Assembly (NCBI GenBank): GCA_017994175.1
Contig: JAGOLH010000004.1
Location: 7,650-71,649, forward strand
Source of the DNA: Bacteroidales bacterium
GTDB lineage: Bacteria; Bacteroidota; Bacteroidia; Bacteroidales; ML635J-15
Direction: 5' to 3'
Length of the DNA: 64,000 bases
The position numbers and the translations under genes were made by a program. The notes under the pieces were generated by a model. It saw only the letters and a list, made by a program, of their open reading frames with translations, had not been told where the DNA came from and did no database searches. This document shows, one piece after another, positions 18,401-26,094 of this stretch (position 1 is the stretch's first letter; each line of letters opens with the position of its first letter).

Positions 18401-20787
18401 CCTACGGATGCACCAGCACAATAACAAAAGTATTTACAGTTTATAACACTCCAAATGCAAGTTTCACAGGCCTGGAACCAGATTACTGCTTAACAGACAA
18501 CCCGTCAATCCTGACCGGGAACCCAGCCGGAGGGGTGTTCTTTGGAGATGGAATAACTGCAGGCATTTTTAACCCTTACACTGCAGGGTCAGGAATCCAT
18601 GAAATACAGTATATTTATATTGATTCTCACTTATGTAGTGACACTGCCCAAGTATCTACCACCGTTTATGAAAATCCTTCTGTTATTACGGACAGCCTGA
18701 TTGAGCCATCGTGTTTCGGCAGCACCGACGGAGGAGTTTATATAAGCGTTGTTTCGGGCGATTCGCCATATGCCTATTTATGGAATAATCCATCGCACTC
18801 TTCTACACAAGACCTGATTGGCATACAAGCCGGTAATTATACTGTTTCTATAACCGATTCCCACGGTTGCAGTACCATGAGCAGTATCACTTTAAACCAA
18901 CCGGCCGCATTATCGTTGAGTCCGATAGTCATAACCAATGTAAGCTGCTTTGGTGGAGAAAATGGAAGCGCTAATGTAAGTGTTACAGGAGGCACTCCTC
19001 CATACGAATATCTGTGGAATTCTCCAAACGGTGGCACAACAGAGTTTGTAAACACGCTACCTGCAGGAACATGGATTGTGCTTGTAAGCGACGCCAATGG
19101 TTGTCAGGCAAATACCAGTGTTACCATTTCTCAACCACAAAATATAACTATGCAGGTTGATGAAATTGAGAACGTGTTGTGCTTTAATGGTAATAACGGG
19201 TCTGTTTCAATAAGCGTTACAGGAGGCTCTTTTCCCTATACCTATCAATGGGATGATCCTGCATCTTCAGAATCGCAGCACGTTTATAACCTGCCGGCCG
19301 GAGAATATCATGTTACCATAACTGATGCAAACTTCTGTGAATTTACCCAGTCTATTAGCATTACCCAACCTGACTCTATTATTCTAATCCCTCAAATACA
19401 GCACGTTTCATGCGGCAACACTCCCGGTTCTGTGAATGTAAATGTAACAGGTGGCACTACACCTTACGAATACATCTGGAATACGGGCTCTGAATTACCT
19501 GTAATTTCAGGACTTGCAGCAGGTACTTATACTTTAAGCCTTACCGATGCCCACAGCTGCACCGCCGAAGCTTCCTACAGAATTGAAACAACTGGCACAA
19601 ATCAGGTGAACATTAATCAGACAGCTAGTATACATTGCTTTGGCGATACTACAGCCTCGCTATTAGGGTTTATGCCGGAAGGAGCTGCTCCATTTGAATT
19701 TCAGTGGTCAACTGGTGATTCTGAAAATGAAATTGCAAATCTCGGAGCCGGAGAGTATTTCCTAACAATAACTGATTCGTGGGGCTGTACGGGAGAATCT
19801 TCCAGAATTGTAACCCAACCAGAGCAATTGTTGTATGCTGTTGTTACAACTCCTGTTCTTTGCTACGGGCAATCTACAGGTACTGCCAGCCTGAACATTT
19901 CAGGCGGTGTTCCACCCTATCTTGCGGTTTGGGAAAACGGTCATGTTGGTTTCAGTATTACCGGTCTTTCTGCCGGTAGTTATACGGTAAGCGTATCCGA
20001 TTCCTACAATTGTCAGCATATTGCTGATTTTGAAATCTCCCAACCGGCAAACCCCCTGTCGATGGTACTGAATATTACTCCAATAAGTTGCTATCAGGAC
20101 GAAGATGGCGAAATCAACGCTGTTGCTCAGGGAGGCACACCACCCTATACATATTATTGGTTTGCCGGGAATCATTTCTACAACACATCAACTATACGAT
20201 TTCTACCACAAGGAGTTTACAATATCACCATAACGGATTCTCATTCCTGTTCCATCGATTCTTTGTTATTCCTTCCACAGCCCAGACCGCTGGATGCTTC
20301 TTTCACAACCCACGATCCATCATGCGTTGGAAATTACGATGGGGCAATATATGTAGCTGTAACCGGTGGAACTACCCCTTATGTATTCGAAACCAATGGG
20401 CTTACTTATGAAGAATCACCCGTTGACAGCCTATATCAGGGGACCTATTCGGTTGTTATCAGAGATGCTCATGATTGTACTTTCGAGCTGAATGGGATAA
20501 CCCTCACCGACACCTACGCTGATTGTCTGATTATCCCCAATGCTTTTACTCCAAATGGAGATGGAGTAAATGATGAGTGGATACTTGGGAACATTCATCT
20601 GTATCCTAAAGCCTACTATAAAATAATTAACCGCTGGGGTCAGGTAATATACGAAAGTATGGCAAATGAAAGTTCGTGGGATGGAACCTGTAATTCTCAA
20701 CCGGTACCGGCCGGTCCATATATGTACGTTATAAACGTGCAAACTCAAGCAGATCCGTATATAGGGATTGTAACAGTGGTACGATGA
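9403..20787 (+). CDS. giant (3,794 aa) cell-surface adhesin-like T9SS type-B cargo protein
   Basis: Uninterrupted 11,385-nt ORF with a signal peptide (VQIAESQ). Choice-of-anchor-L-like region (GDNDLNNVINSQTRDAAVLEFDFIPASDHVEFQYVFGSEEYEEYVGSNFNDVFAFFVSG...DGFTVTLTAE...MKLAVADVSDRIYDSGVFLKAGSF, ~9886-10580). Calx-beta-like segment (GSATMGTDYT...DDNEYIVISI). Then Ig-like and tandem repeats, and a C-terminal IPNAFTPNGDGVNDEW...IINRWGQVIYES...WDG...VPAGPYMYVI. Confidence 0.9.
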   Translation: MKIFNIILFFFLFYVQIAESQTLISSDFNKPAQISLENNGGLLVYRNGSFNEIQIPALARNHPGKSFYFIYTNNLSTDFFLDLTFPNETHAGIAIYKRDNGELKEKAINQNKGKTLQLFVPKGTFQNGESILVRFWVIDGIDEGSVLVSTRESNSVRGIGTPPVINTTSFTPEELVTEILTTGCVQALNVQYTGNPNSIAYFSSGTPALDFEEGIILTSGNAHDMDGPNVSNNTSGNMGTPGDNDLNNVINSQTRDAAVLEFDFIPASDHVEFQYVFGSEEYEEYVGSNFNDVFAFFVSGGPENYNNQNIALIPGTSTPVSINNVNQNVNSDYYINNDNGAYLEFDGFTVTLTAELDVTPCETYHMKLAVADVSDRIYDSGVFLKAGSFISGTSVVMKNFNAWGYLNSIHEGCTNQLVFSRSDMQNITESMDVDITISGSATMGTDYTTINQHYIIPAGEEFITIDYDAIADNFADDNEYIVISIYNGCPCSVQISTDSIRIDDQIVFTPSFTTNSPVCRGDTAVITLNYTPEPDTSLIQWSTGQENVRQISFIPTSNTTVSVTIDYPCGTKTLSTSIVIVENPVPVASNTGPYCAGDNIELHVTPSQYYRWKGPLGYISTTQNPVISNAQVTNSGNYNVTVTNNNGCTGVTSTNVIVNPNPVPVISPPFTFCEGDSMTLSTGNYAEYIWSGPNGFNSNLPAPVIDPVSTQNSGIYSVTVVDNNSCRGIASADFVINPTPDASATSAPGICEGADIELFATGDGNYSWQGPDGFVSSEQNPVITNCSSIHSGEYTLVVESNSCVDSSSIFVQVDTIPDASVLPAGPFCSTANPYVLSANQPGGNWSGPGIVNSSSGLFNPSIAGAGLHYIIYTVTNGYCSSSDSIDIQIDELISAQIINPGSFCISDMPIYFQSINTGGTWNGSGITNSATGLFDPSVAGSGSHWIYYQVNNGVCNDQDSVLVVVYNIVDASITPVTEVCQNEPPFNLSAVSAGGIWTGNGITNPTNGTFSPELAGAGDHWVYYSVGNVSCFDSDSLLIHVDAVPIVSVTPSGPFCINDFPVALFATLPGGVWSGNGIVNSATGLFNPAVAGYGNHTIIYSITNGTCVSEPTILIHVDTIPDATITQPGNLCENHAALNLTATSQGGLWSGTGITNSALGTFNPQVAGPGNHQITYQVYSGACSDIDHITIHIDAIPDPYVNPAGPYCISDSPIILGALTPGGVWSGTGITNSVTGQFSPSVAGAGNHQITYLVTNGACQNSYSRTITVFASVDAAITPAGPYCQTQSPVTLHAVSSGGLWSGVGITNSSTGIFNPAIAGQGNHVITYSVQNGSCSDTETTTIHVDSYPVIALTSVSALCITGPNITLSFTPSGGTWSGIGITNSVTGVFSPALAGAGNHVLTYTVVNGACTAQSSITVHVDASPNAAITPAGPYCQNNSQVTLSAATTGGIWSGVGGLSPSGVFNPAVAGCGDHTVTYTVTSGVCVSSDTEIIHVDCLPDATIAAVDPLCISASNITLTAATAGGIWSGSGIVNTTTGVFSPALAGSGNHIITYTIHNGACTAIDTQTIHVDATANATITPAGPFCISSTAVTLTAASTGGVWSGTGISGSTNGLFDPAIAGAGDHTITYTLVNGACSGSDTEVIHVDASIDATINPSGPYCSNTGNLTLTAVNSGGTWSGTGITNPATGQFNPSVAGPGNHIVTYNIVSGACTSSATNTIHVDASVDATITPVSPVCENATPFNLHAVSTGGVWNGTGIINQATGLFNPGVAGPGNFTITYNIVNGVCSDNDQIVITVDDFIQPIITPFTPLCQNSSPVTLTANPSGGTWSGSGVTGSTFNPVASGSGMHTITYILNSGVCIASAITIIQVDATVDATITAAGPFCLYDNPVNLHAISNGGIWSGTGITNTSTGLFNPAAAGIGNHSVTYAVTNGTCSDSDTETITVDNAINAEINNPGPICITDAAFNLSAANIGGVWAGNGITNTSTGLFDPIVAGAGAHNITYEISNGACLSVGTMIVYVYNTVVDATITPVATQCVNGASIDLNAVTEGGTWSGTGITNTSTGIFDPGISGPGTFTIQYNVGNIACFDSDNITITVEDTLSANISEAGPFCSSESEFVLNSATSGGLWSGTGITNVNNGNFNPGVAGAGNHTITYSITSGSCTNSDQIIIHIDGAVSAQITPAGPFCIDALPVTLNAASLGGTWSGTGITNSSTGSFNPGLAGAGDHIITYQVSNGVCNDSQSTTIHIDNNPDVSITPSGPYCSDNIPISLNAATPGGTWLGNGITDNIAGIFSPSVAGEGNHTITYSLTSGACSVSSQATIHVDGAVDATITPVGPFCETQGVVQLYAVSPGGVWSGNGIINSATGMFHPGVAGNGLHTITYSVTNGICNASESIQILVDDNPNSAIVTTGPFCADAAVQILSSVTPGGTWSGTGVTNASTGLFDPAVAGTGNHLITYTLGSGTCSSSSQITIHIDTPVDATITAAGPYCQTGTSVTLSAATSGGIWSGNGITNQVLGVFNTSSAGGGDHLITYLVTNGACTDTDTETIHVDSQEYPVITSATGYCVADAPIDLTASVPNGTWSGPGITNSATGTFNPAIAGVGNFTILYTLVSGACVAEDDAVLEVAEWPDATITPVGPLCETEDPVQLIAVTAGGLWSGTGITNQTEGVFNPAYAGDGIHQIVYTTENAYCTDSDTIWIEVFNYNSVNITNIGPFCQSAGTVTLSAIPSGGTWSGTGISNPVTGAFSVGGLLPGSYAITYTVINGVCIAEDTQDIVVDEMVDATISGPVTFCETDPQTQFTTVTTGGTWSGPGVVSTTNGTFNPSVAGVGVHSINYLVTNGSCNDSDTHTITVYDNPEPIISGPTSTCVNAGIIDFSVNLTGGTWSGIGITDVNNGIFDPLVAGTGTHQIAFTIDNFNCQAVTYHNITVNTATPLSFLITDTTFCIYETPVNITVNPAGGILSGAGISGTSFNPASAGPGPHVITYTFTNSYGCTSTITKVFTVYNTPNASFTGLEPDYCLTDNPSILTGNPAGGVFFGDGITAGIFNPYTAGSGIHEIQYIYIDSHLCSDTAQVSTTVYENPSVITDSLIEPSCFGSTDGGVYISVVSGDSPYAYLWNNPSHSSTQDLIGIQAGNYTVSITDSHGCSTMSSITLNQPAALSLSPIVITNVSCFGGENGSANVSVTGGTPPYEYLWNSPNGGTTEFVNTLPAGTWIVLVSDANGCQANTSVTISQPQNITMQVDEIENVLCFNGNNGSVSISVTGGSFPYTYQWDDPASSESQHVYNLPAGEYHVTITDANFCEFTQSISITQPDSIILIPQIQHVSCGNTPGSVNVNVTGGTTPYEYIWNTGSELPVISGLAAGTYTLSLTDAHSCTAEASYRIETTGTNQVNINQTASIHCFGDTTASLLGFMPEGAAPFEFQWSTGDSENEIANLGAGEYFLTITDSWGCTGESSRIVTQPEQLLYAVVTTPVLCYGQSTGTASLNISGGVPPYLAVWENGHVGFSITGLSAGSYTVSVSDSYNCQHIADFEISQPANPLSMVLNITPISCYQDEDGEINAVAQGGTPPYTYYWFAGNHFYNTSTIRFLPQGVYNITITDSHSCSIDSLLFLPQPRPLDASFTTHDPSCVGNYDGAIYVAVTGGTTPYVFETNGLTYEESPVDSLYQGTYSVVIRDAHDCTFELNGITLTDTYADCLIIPNAFTPNGDGVNDEWILGNIHLYPKAYYKIINRWGQVIYESMANESSWDGTCNSQPVPAGPYMYVINVQTQADPYIGIVTVVR
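10921..11853 (+). repeat. 4 tandem Ig-like modules (~78 aa each) inside the giant ORF
   Basis: Repeated pattern C.G(D/A)...L......Y.W.GP.GF.S....P.I......NSG.Y.V.V....C....S...V. Confidence 0.7.
11854..18678 (+). repeat. 30 tandem coding repeats, ~228 nt / ~76 aa each (two-Cys module)
   Basis: I delimited 30 consecutive units by eye. Consensus: DA.ITP.GP(F/Y)C.....V.L.A...GG.WSG.GITN..TG.F(N/D)P..AG.G.H.ITY.V.NG.C..SD...IH(V/I)D. 6,825 nt / 30 = 227.5 nt per unit. Confidence 0.85.
18679..20514 (+). repeat. 8 tandem SprB-type repeats (~76 aa)
   Basis: Each unit has the form ..V.CFG..(N/D)G......V.GG..PY.Y.W........... L.AG.Y.V.(V/I)TD..GC, for example NVSCFGGENGSANVSVTGGTPPYEYLWN...AGTWIVLVSDANGC. 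Confidence 0.75.
20515..20787 (+). other. T9SS type-B (gliding-motility-associated, CHU_C-like) C-terminal sorting domain
   Basis: LIIPNAFTPNGDGVNDEWILGNIHLYPKAYYKIINRWGQVIYESMANESSWDGTCNSQPVPAGPYMYVINV. Confidence 0.8.
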
Positions 20788-20878
20788 TAAATACTTCGCA
20801 AATTCAACCATTCATTCTGTTTTGAAATTCCATGATTTTCGGTGATTTTTAGTAAATTCGCCGCCATATTGTTTTAAT

Positions 20879-23662
20879 ATGGAATATTCTTTCAAAGAAA
20901 TCGAAGAAAAATGGCAGGCGAACTGGCGTGAAAAAGAAATATATAAGGTACAGATTAACCCCCGAAAACCAAAATTTTACGTGCTCGACATGTTCCCATA
21001 TCCATCGGGTTCGGGTTTGCACGTAGGGCATCCTCTTGGTTATATTGCATCGGATATCTACAGCCGTTATAAACGCAATATGGGTTTCAATGTGCTTCAT
21101 CCTATGGGTTACGATGCCTATGGATTACCAGCAGAACAATATGCAATTCAAACCGGTACTCACCCTGCAATTACAACCGAAAAAAACATAACCCGCTATC
21201 GGCAGCAACTCGATCGTATTGGGTTTTCATTCGACTGGAATCGTGAAGTAAGAACCTGTGATCCAAAGTATTATAAATGGACTCAGTGGACGTTTATTAA
21301 ATTGTTCAATCATTATTACGATATTAATGCCAATAAAGCCCTACCCATTGAAAAACTGATAGCTGTTTTTGAAAAATCTGGGTCGGCATCTGTTTCAGCA
21401 GTGCACAACAAACACGATTCATTTACCCCGGTCGAATGGCAGAAAATGGATGATGCAACGAAACATGATATTCTTATGAAATATCGCCTTGCCTATCTGT
21501 CGTATACTTTTGTGAACTGGTGTCCAAAGCTGGGTACTGTTCTTGCAAATGACGAGGTGGTAAACGGCCTTTCGGTAAGAGGCGGTCATCCGGTTGAACG
21601 AAAGCTAATGAAGCAATGGTCACTTCGTATTACCGCCTATGCCCAGCGATTACTGGATGGATTGAATACAATCGATTGGCCCGAAGCAGTAAAAGATATT
21701 CAATCTAATTGGATAGGTCGTAGCGAAGGAGCCACCTGCTATTTTTCTATAAAAGGGAGCCCAAATAAGGTGGAAATCTTTACGACAAGACCTGATACTA
21801 TGTTTGGAGCTTCGTTTATGGTTCTCGCTCCTGAACACGAATTGGTCGGAGAACTCACCACACCCGATAAAAGCAAAGAAGTTGCCGAATATGTTCATTG
21901 GGCAAAAAACCGGCCTGATGTCGACAGAATGGCAGATAAGAAAGTTTCAGGGGTGTTTACCGGGTCGTATGCCATTAACCCAATGAACGGAAATGAAATA
22001 CCAGTTTATATTGCCGATTATGTTTTAATTGGTTATGGAACCGGAGCAATTATGGCTGTGCCGGCACACGATAGTCGTGATTTTGCATTTGCACGACACT
22101 TCAACTTGCCGGTTGTTCAGGTTGTTTCTCTTGAAAAAGCTACGGAATCCGACACTTCTGAATGGATCGATTCTTACGACTCAAAAGAGGGCTACATGGT
22201 AAACTCCGGTTTTATAACCGGACTGCCCGTTGGCGATGCAATACGTGCAACTATTGAATATCTCGAAAAAGAAAGTATTGGAACACGTCAGGTTAATTTC
22301 CGGTTACGTGATGCCATATTTAGTCGCCAACGCTATTGGGGAGAGCCTTTCCCAGTGTATTATAAAAATGGGATTGCCTACTCATTCGATGCATCGGATT
22401 TACCTTTAGTATTGCCGGAAATAGACGCCTTCCTTCCGACAGAAACTGGAGAACCTCCCCTTGCACGCGCAGCCAACTGGAAAACGAAAGATGGATATCC
22501 TATTGAGACATCAACTATGCCGGGGTTTGCCGGGTCATCGGGGTATTATCTTCGGTATATGAATCCTGATAACGAAAATGAATACTTCTCGCAAGAGGCA
22601 GTGCAGTACTGGAAGCAGGTTGACCTTTACATCGGGGGCAGGGAGCATGCAACCGGGCACCTTATGTATGCTCGTTTCTGGAATATGTTCCTTTACGATC
22701 TTGGCATGGTTGTATATCCTGAACCTTTTGCAAAACTAATCAACCAGGGCATGATTCAAGGTCGTTCGAATTTTGTTTACCGGGTTACGGGTTCAAATGA
22801 ATTTGTTTCGTTCAACTTAAGAAACCAGTATGAAACTCAAAAAATACATGTTGATGTGAATATTGTAAGTAACGATGTTCTCGACATTGAAGCTTTCAAA
22901 AAGTGGCAGCCCGAGTTTGCTAACGCCGGTTTTATTCTCGAAGACGGGAAATATATCTGCGGATGGGAGATCGAAAAAATGTCGAAATCCCTTTATAATG
23001 TGCAAAATCCTGATGATCTTATCGAGAAATACGGTGCAGACACACTCCGACTGTACGAAATGTTTCTCGGACCAATAGAGCAGGCAAAGCCATGGGATAC
23101 AAATGGGATCGAAGGGGTTTTCCGGTTTATCAAAAAATTGTGGCGCCTTTATCATAACGAAAAAAACGAATTTGAGGTCAGCAATGAACAAGCAACAACA
23201 GCTGAATTAAAAACCATTCATACAGCAATAAAAAAAGTCACCCAGGATATCGAAAGGTTTTCGTTTAATACAGCAGTTAGTGCTTTTATGATTTGTGTAA
23301 ACGACCTTGGCAGATGTAACAAAAAGGAGGTGTTGGAACCCCTGGCTTGTATAGTTTCTCCTTTCGCTCCCCATATTGCGGAGGAGCTTTGGCATTTGAT
23401 GGGCCATAACACCAGTATTATTGATGCAGCATGGCCTCAATTTGATGAAAGCCTTTTGCAGGAAGATTCAATCACGTATCCGGTATCATTCAATGGAAAA
23501 ACCAGGTTTCAAATTGATTTACCTGTTATCGCTACCAAAGAAGAAATTGAAAAAAGCGTCCTTGTTGATGAAAGAACAACTAAATGGGTTGCCGAAGCAG
23601 AGATTGTTAAAATAATTGTGGTTCCTCATAAAATTATTAATATTGTCATCAAACAAAACTGA
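20879..23662 (+). CDS. leuS: leucine--tRNA ligase
   Basis: 927 aa. HIGH-region [22 protein letters not shown] and a KMSKS motif ([10 protein letters not shown]). Confidence 0.97.
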   Translation: MEYSFKEIEEKWQANWREKEIYKVQINPRKPKFYVLDMFPYPSGSGLHVGHPLGYIASDIYSRYKRNMGFNVLHPMGYDAYGLPAEQYAIQTGTHPAITTEKNITRYRQQLDRIGFSFDWNREVRTCDPKYYKWTQWTFIKLFNHYYDINANKALPIEKLIAVFEKSGSASVSAVHNKHDSFTPVEWQKMDDATKHDILMKYRLAYLSYTFVNWCPKLGTVLANDEVVNGLSVRGGHPVERKLMKQWSLRITAYAQRLLDGLNTIDWPEAVKDIQSNWIGRSEGATCYFSIKGSPNKVEIFTTRPDTMFGASFMVLAPEHELVGELTTPDKSKEVAEYVHWAKNRPDVDRMADKKVSGVFTGSYAINPMNGNEIPVYIADYVLIGYGTGAIMAVPAHDSRDFAFARHFNLPVVQVVSLEKATESDTSEWIDSYDSKEGYMVNSGFITGLPVGDAIRATIEYLEKESIGTRQVNFRLRDAIFSRQRYWGEPFPVYYKNGIAYSFDASDLPLVLPEIDAFLPTETGEPPLARAANWKTKDGYPIETSTMPGFAGSSGYYLRYMNPDNENEYFSQEAVQYWKQVDLYIGGREHATGHLMYARFWNMFLYDLGMVVYPEPFAKLINQGMIQGRSNFVYRVTGSNEFVSFNLRNQYETQKIHVDVNIVSNDVLDIEAFKKWQPEFANAGFILEDGKYICGWEIEKMSKSLYNVQNPDDLIEKYGADTLRLYEMFLGPIEQAKPWDTNGIEGVFRFIKKLWRLYHNEKNEFEVSNEQATTAELKTIHTAIKKVTQDIERFSFNTAVSAFMICVNDLGRCNKKEVLEPLACIVSPFAPHIAEELWHLMGHNTSIIDAAWPQFDESLLQEDSITYPVSFNGKTRFQIDLPVIATKEEIEKSVLVDERTTKWVAEAEIVKIIVVPHKIINIVIKQN

Positions 23663-24906
23663 TGAGGAAAAACCTGCTGATAGCCATCATTCTTTCGATT
23701 TTTACCATTTCGTCTGTTATAATTTATGATAAATATTGGGATGATTGGACATCTGTACCAGAATCACCCAAAAGTCCGCCACCTGCAACACTATATGGCA
23801 TACCTGCTTCTGATTATAAAATTATCGTTGACTCTGTACAGTCAGGTGAAACGATTGGATCTATTTTAGCAAAGTATGGCATCTCTGGAAACCTGATTCA
23901 TAAAATCGGGATGATGTCGACTGATAGTATAAATTTAACTATGATTCATATTGGTCAGAAATACACAGTTTTTATTGATACTGCAACCGATAGCATACCC
24001 ATTACAAAATACTTTATTTACGAAAATGGGTTGATAGTGTACACCAAGTACGACTTTAGTATAGCCGACTCGGTGTTTGCTCAAAAATACCACAGAGAAG
24101 TTGACACTTTGCACAAAAATGCATCAGGGATAATTCAGACATCTCTATGGAATACACTTGTTGATCAGGGATTAAGCTGGGAGCTGGCGATAAAGCTATC
24201 CCAAACTTTTGCATGGACAATTGATTTTTATGGATTGCAAAAAGGCGATTATTTTAAAGTGTTGTATTCAGAACTTGCTGTTGAAGGCAAAAGTATAGGT
24301 AACATCGAAATCGAATCGGCTGTTTTTCGTCACGGCAACAAAGATTTATGGGCAATTCCATTTGTTCAGGATAGTATATTGCAGTTTTTCGATACCTCGG
24401 GTATGAGCATGAAGAAGTCTTTCCTTAAAGCACCCCTTCAGTACTCAAGCGTCTCAAGCCGCTATACGAATGCCAGAATGCATCCTATTTTTCATAAAGT
24501 AACCGAGCATAGGGCGGTAGATTACTCTGCCCCTGCTGGTACACCGGTGTTTGCCGCATCTGACGGGAGAATTGCCATCAGAGCTTATGAAAGCGGCGCA
24601 GGAAATTACGTTAAAGTTATTCATAACAGCACATATTCGACAGTATATATGCATTTCAGCAGTTTCGGGCAGTTTCAGGTTGGTGACTACGTAAAACAGG
24701 GTGATATAATTGGGTATGTTGGCAGTACAGGCTGGTCGACGGGGCCTCACCTACATTATGAAATTCATGAAAATGGATATAAAATAGACCCGTTGAGCTT
24801 CGAAGCCCCTCCTGCTGAACCTGTTAAGCCAGAAAACATTGCTAAGTTTAATACCGAAAAACGTAAATGGATTACTGCCCTGAATAAAATTAACAATCCT
24901 TTATAA
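23662..24906 (+). CDS. M23 family metallopeptidase (peptidoglycan endopeptidase-like)
   Basis: 414 aa with an N-terminal TM. Motifs HRAVDYSAPAGTPVFAASDG and GSTGWSTGPHLHYEI. The start overlaps the leuS stop (TGATG). Confidence 0.85.
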   Translation: MRKNLLIAIILSIFTISSVIIYDKYWDDWTSVPESPKSPPPATLYGIPASDYKIIVDSVQSGETIGSILAKYGISGNLIHKIGMMSTDSINLTMIHIGQKYTVFIDTATDSIPITKYFIYENGLIVYTKYDFSIADSVFAQKYHREVDTLHKNASGIIQTSLWNTLVDQGLSWELAIKLSQTFAWTIDFYGLQKGDYFKVLYSELAVEGKSIGNIEIESAVFRHGNKDLWAIPFVQDSILQFFDTSGMSMKKSFLKAPLQYSSVSSRYTNARMHPIFHKVTEHRAVDYSAPAGTPVFAASDGRIAIRAYESGAGNYVKVIHNSTYSTVYMHFSSFGQFQVGDYVKQGDIIGYVGSTGWSTGPHLHYEIHENGYKIDPLSFEAPPAEPVKPENIAKFNTEKRKWITALNKINNPL

Positions 24907-24914
24907 TTGTGAAA

Positions 24915-26093
24915 CTATTGAGGGGAACATGTCTGGGCCACATTCACCGTTGAATCCAAAATGATATATTCTGTTTCAAGAGTTTCAATCACCTCTACAA
25001 CAACAACATCGTCGATGTAATAGTAAGCATAATTAAATTTTGATGACGGGTCCATCATTATATACAAGGTTGCAAAGTTATAGTTAAAATTACCTATTGT
25101 CAGGAACTTCTCTCCTCCTTTAGCTTCGTAAACACCCTCTATTGCAACCCAATATGACTGATTTACCAGCATATTATTTCTTGAGTTCTTTATAACAGGG
25201 GTATAGTCGAGCACTCCGTCATTTTCAGCCTTGATTTTATCTCGGGTAAGTACTGCCCCCACAGCATCAACAGCATAGCGCGATCCGGAGGAATTGCAAA
25301 CCCAAAATTGAATCTTGTATTTCTTTCCTCTCACTAAAGTCTCATTTAATTCAGCCTGAATATATTCACGGTAGTCAAGCGGTTTTACGCCCGTTATTTT
25401 ATTCTCGTTTGTAAAGCTGCTGCGAAGAATTAGTCCAGCATAACCAGAACCTGAATGTGCAAAAATCCTGCCTGCGAAATTTTTGGGGACACCTGCATCA
25501 CGTTTGCTACAAACATTAAAGTAGTCAGGAGTCCCTTTACTTGGAACTTCCCAATAAGGAATAAGCTTACGCACAGGTCGTTCGGTAAAACCCGCAGGAC
25601 AAAAAACATATTCTTCGAAATCACCATTGGTTATTAAATTACTCCCAGTTTCTTCATATTTGATTTTTTCACTGGTTATTATATGATAGAAACTCGGCGG
25701 TTCAGGTGGTGTTTCATATGCGATTTCATTGCTGGTTTGGGGTATGGTTTGGAGCTTGGCTGTTGTATCAGGTGTTGATATTTCAGTTTTTTTATTCGAC
25801 TTATTGAATTTAAGAATGACTTCAGCGGTTTCTGGTTCTTCCACATCCTTTACATATCGCATTAGTGGACGATTCGGTGTCCTTGCCTGAAAACATTCCG
25901 ACGATAGAATTGTTTCCGGTGTTGATAGCAAAAGTCCTGCAACCACGGAACAACCAATTATTGCTGCAGTGAAAAAAAACAGCAACTTACCGGGGCTTTT
26001 TCTAGGGATTTCGCTTTTTATTTTTCCCCAAACATCAGGAGCCTTATATTGAGGCAACTGCGATATAGCTTTTTTCAAATTATCAGTTTCCAT
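24915..26093 (-). CDS. putative anti-sigma factor with an extracytoplasmic jelly-roll/CBM-like domain
   Basis: 392 aa. Starts 1 nt after the stop of the ECF sigma gene. Short cytoplasmic N-terminus, one TM (LLFFFTAAIIGCSVVAGLLL), and an outer domain starting ITNGDFEEYVFCPAGFTE...GTPDYFNVC. Confidence 0.5.
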   Translation of the reverse strand: METDNLKKAISQLPQYKAPDVWGKIKSEIPRKSPGKLLFFFTAAIIGCSVVAGLLLSTPETILSSECFQARTPNRPLMRYVKDVEEPETAEVILKFNKSNKKTEISTPDTTAKLQTIPQTSNEIAYETPPEPPSFYHIITSEKIKYEETGSNLITNGDFEEYVFCPAGFTERPVRKLIPYWEVPSKGTPDYFNVCSKRDAGVPKNFAGRIFAHSGSGYAGLILRSSFTNENKITGVKPLDYREYIQAELNETLVRGKKYKIQFWVCNSSGSRYAVDAVGAVLTRDKIKAENDGVLDYTPVIKNSRNNMLVNQSYWVAIEGVYEAKGGEKFLTIGNFNYNFATLYIMMDPSSKFNYAYYYIDDVVVVEVIETLETEYIILDSTVNVAQTCSPQ

Positions 26094-26094
26094 A

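Noticed and set aside
11854-18678. A ~228-nt DNA periodicity that could be mistaken for a CRISPR array, a satellite or a mobile-element repeat.
   Set aside because: The periodicity lies entirely within one open reading frame. The units are diverged (no identical repeats or unique spacers), and conservation is at the amino-acid level.
9403-20787. Many 60-130-aa ORFs on the opposite strand or in other frames inside the giant gene (e.g. 15477-15875, 15601-15933, 17614-17976, 20431-20811), and similar ones inside other long genes.
   Set aside because: They are fully nested in a long ORF that has coherent domain and repeat structure. They have low-complexity or odd composition and no motifs, so they are typical shadow ORFs.
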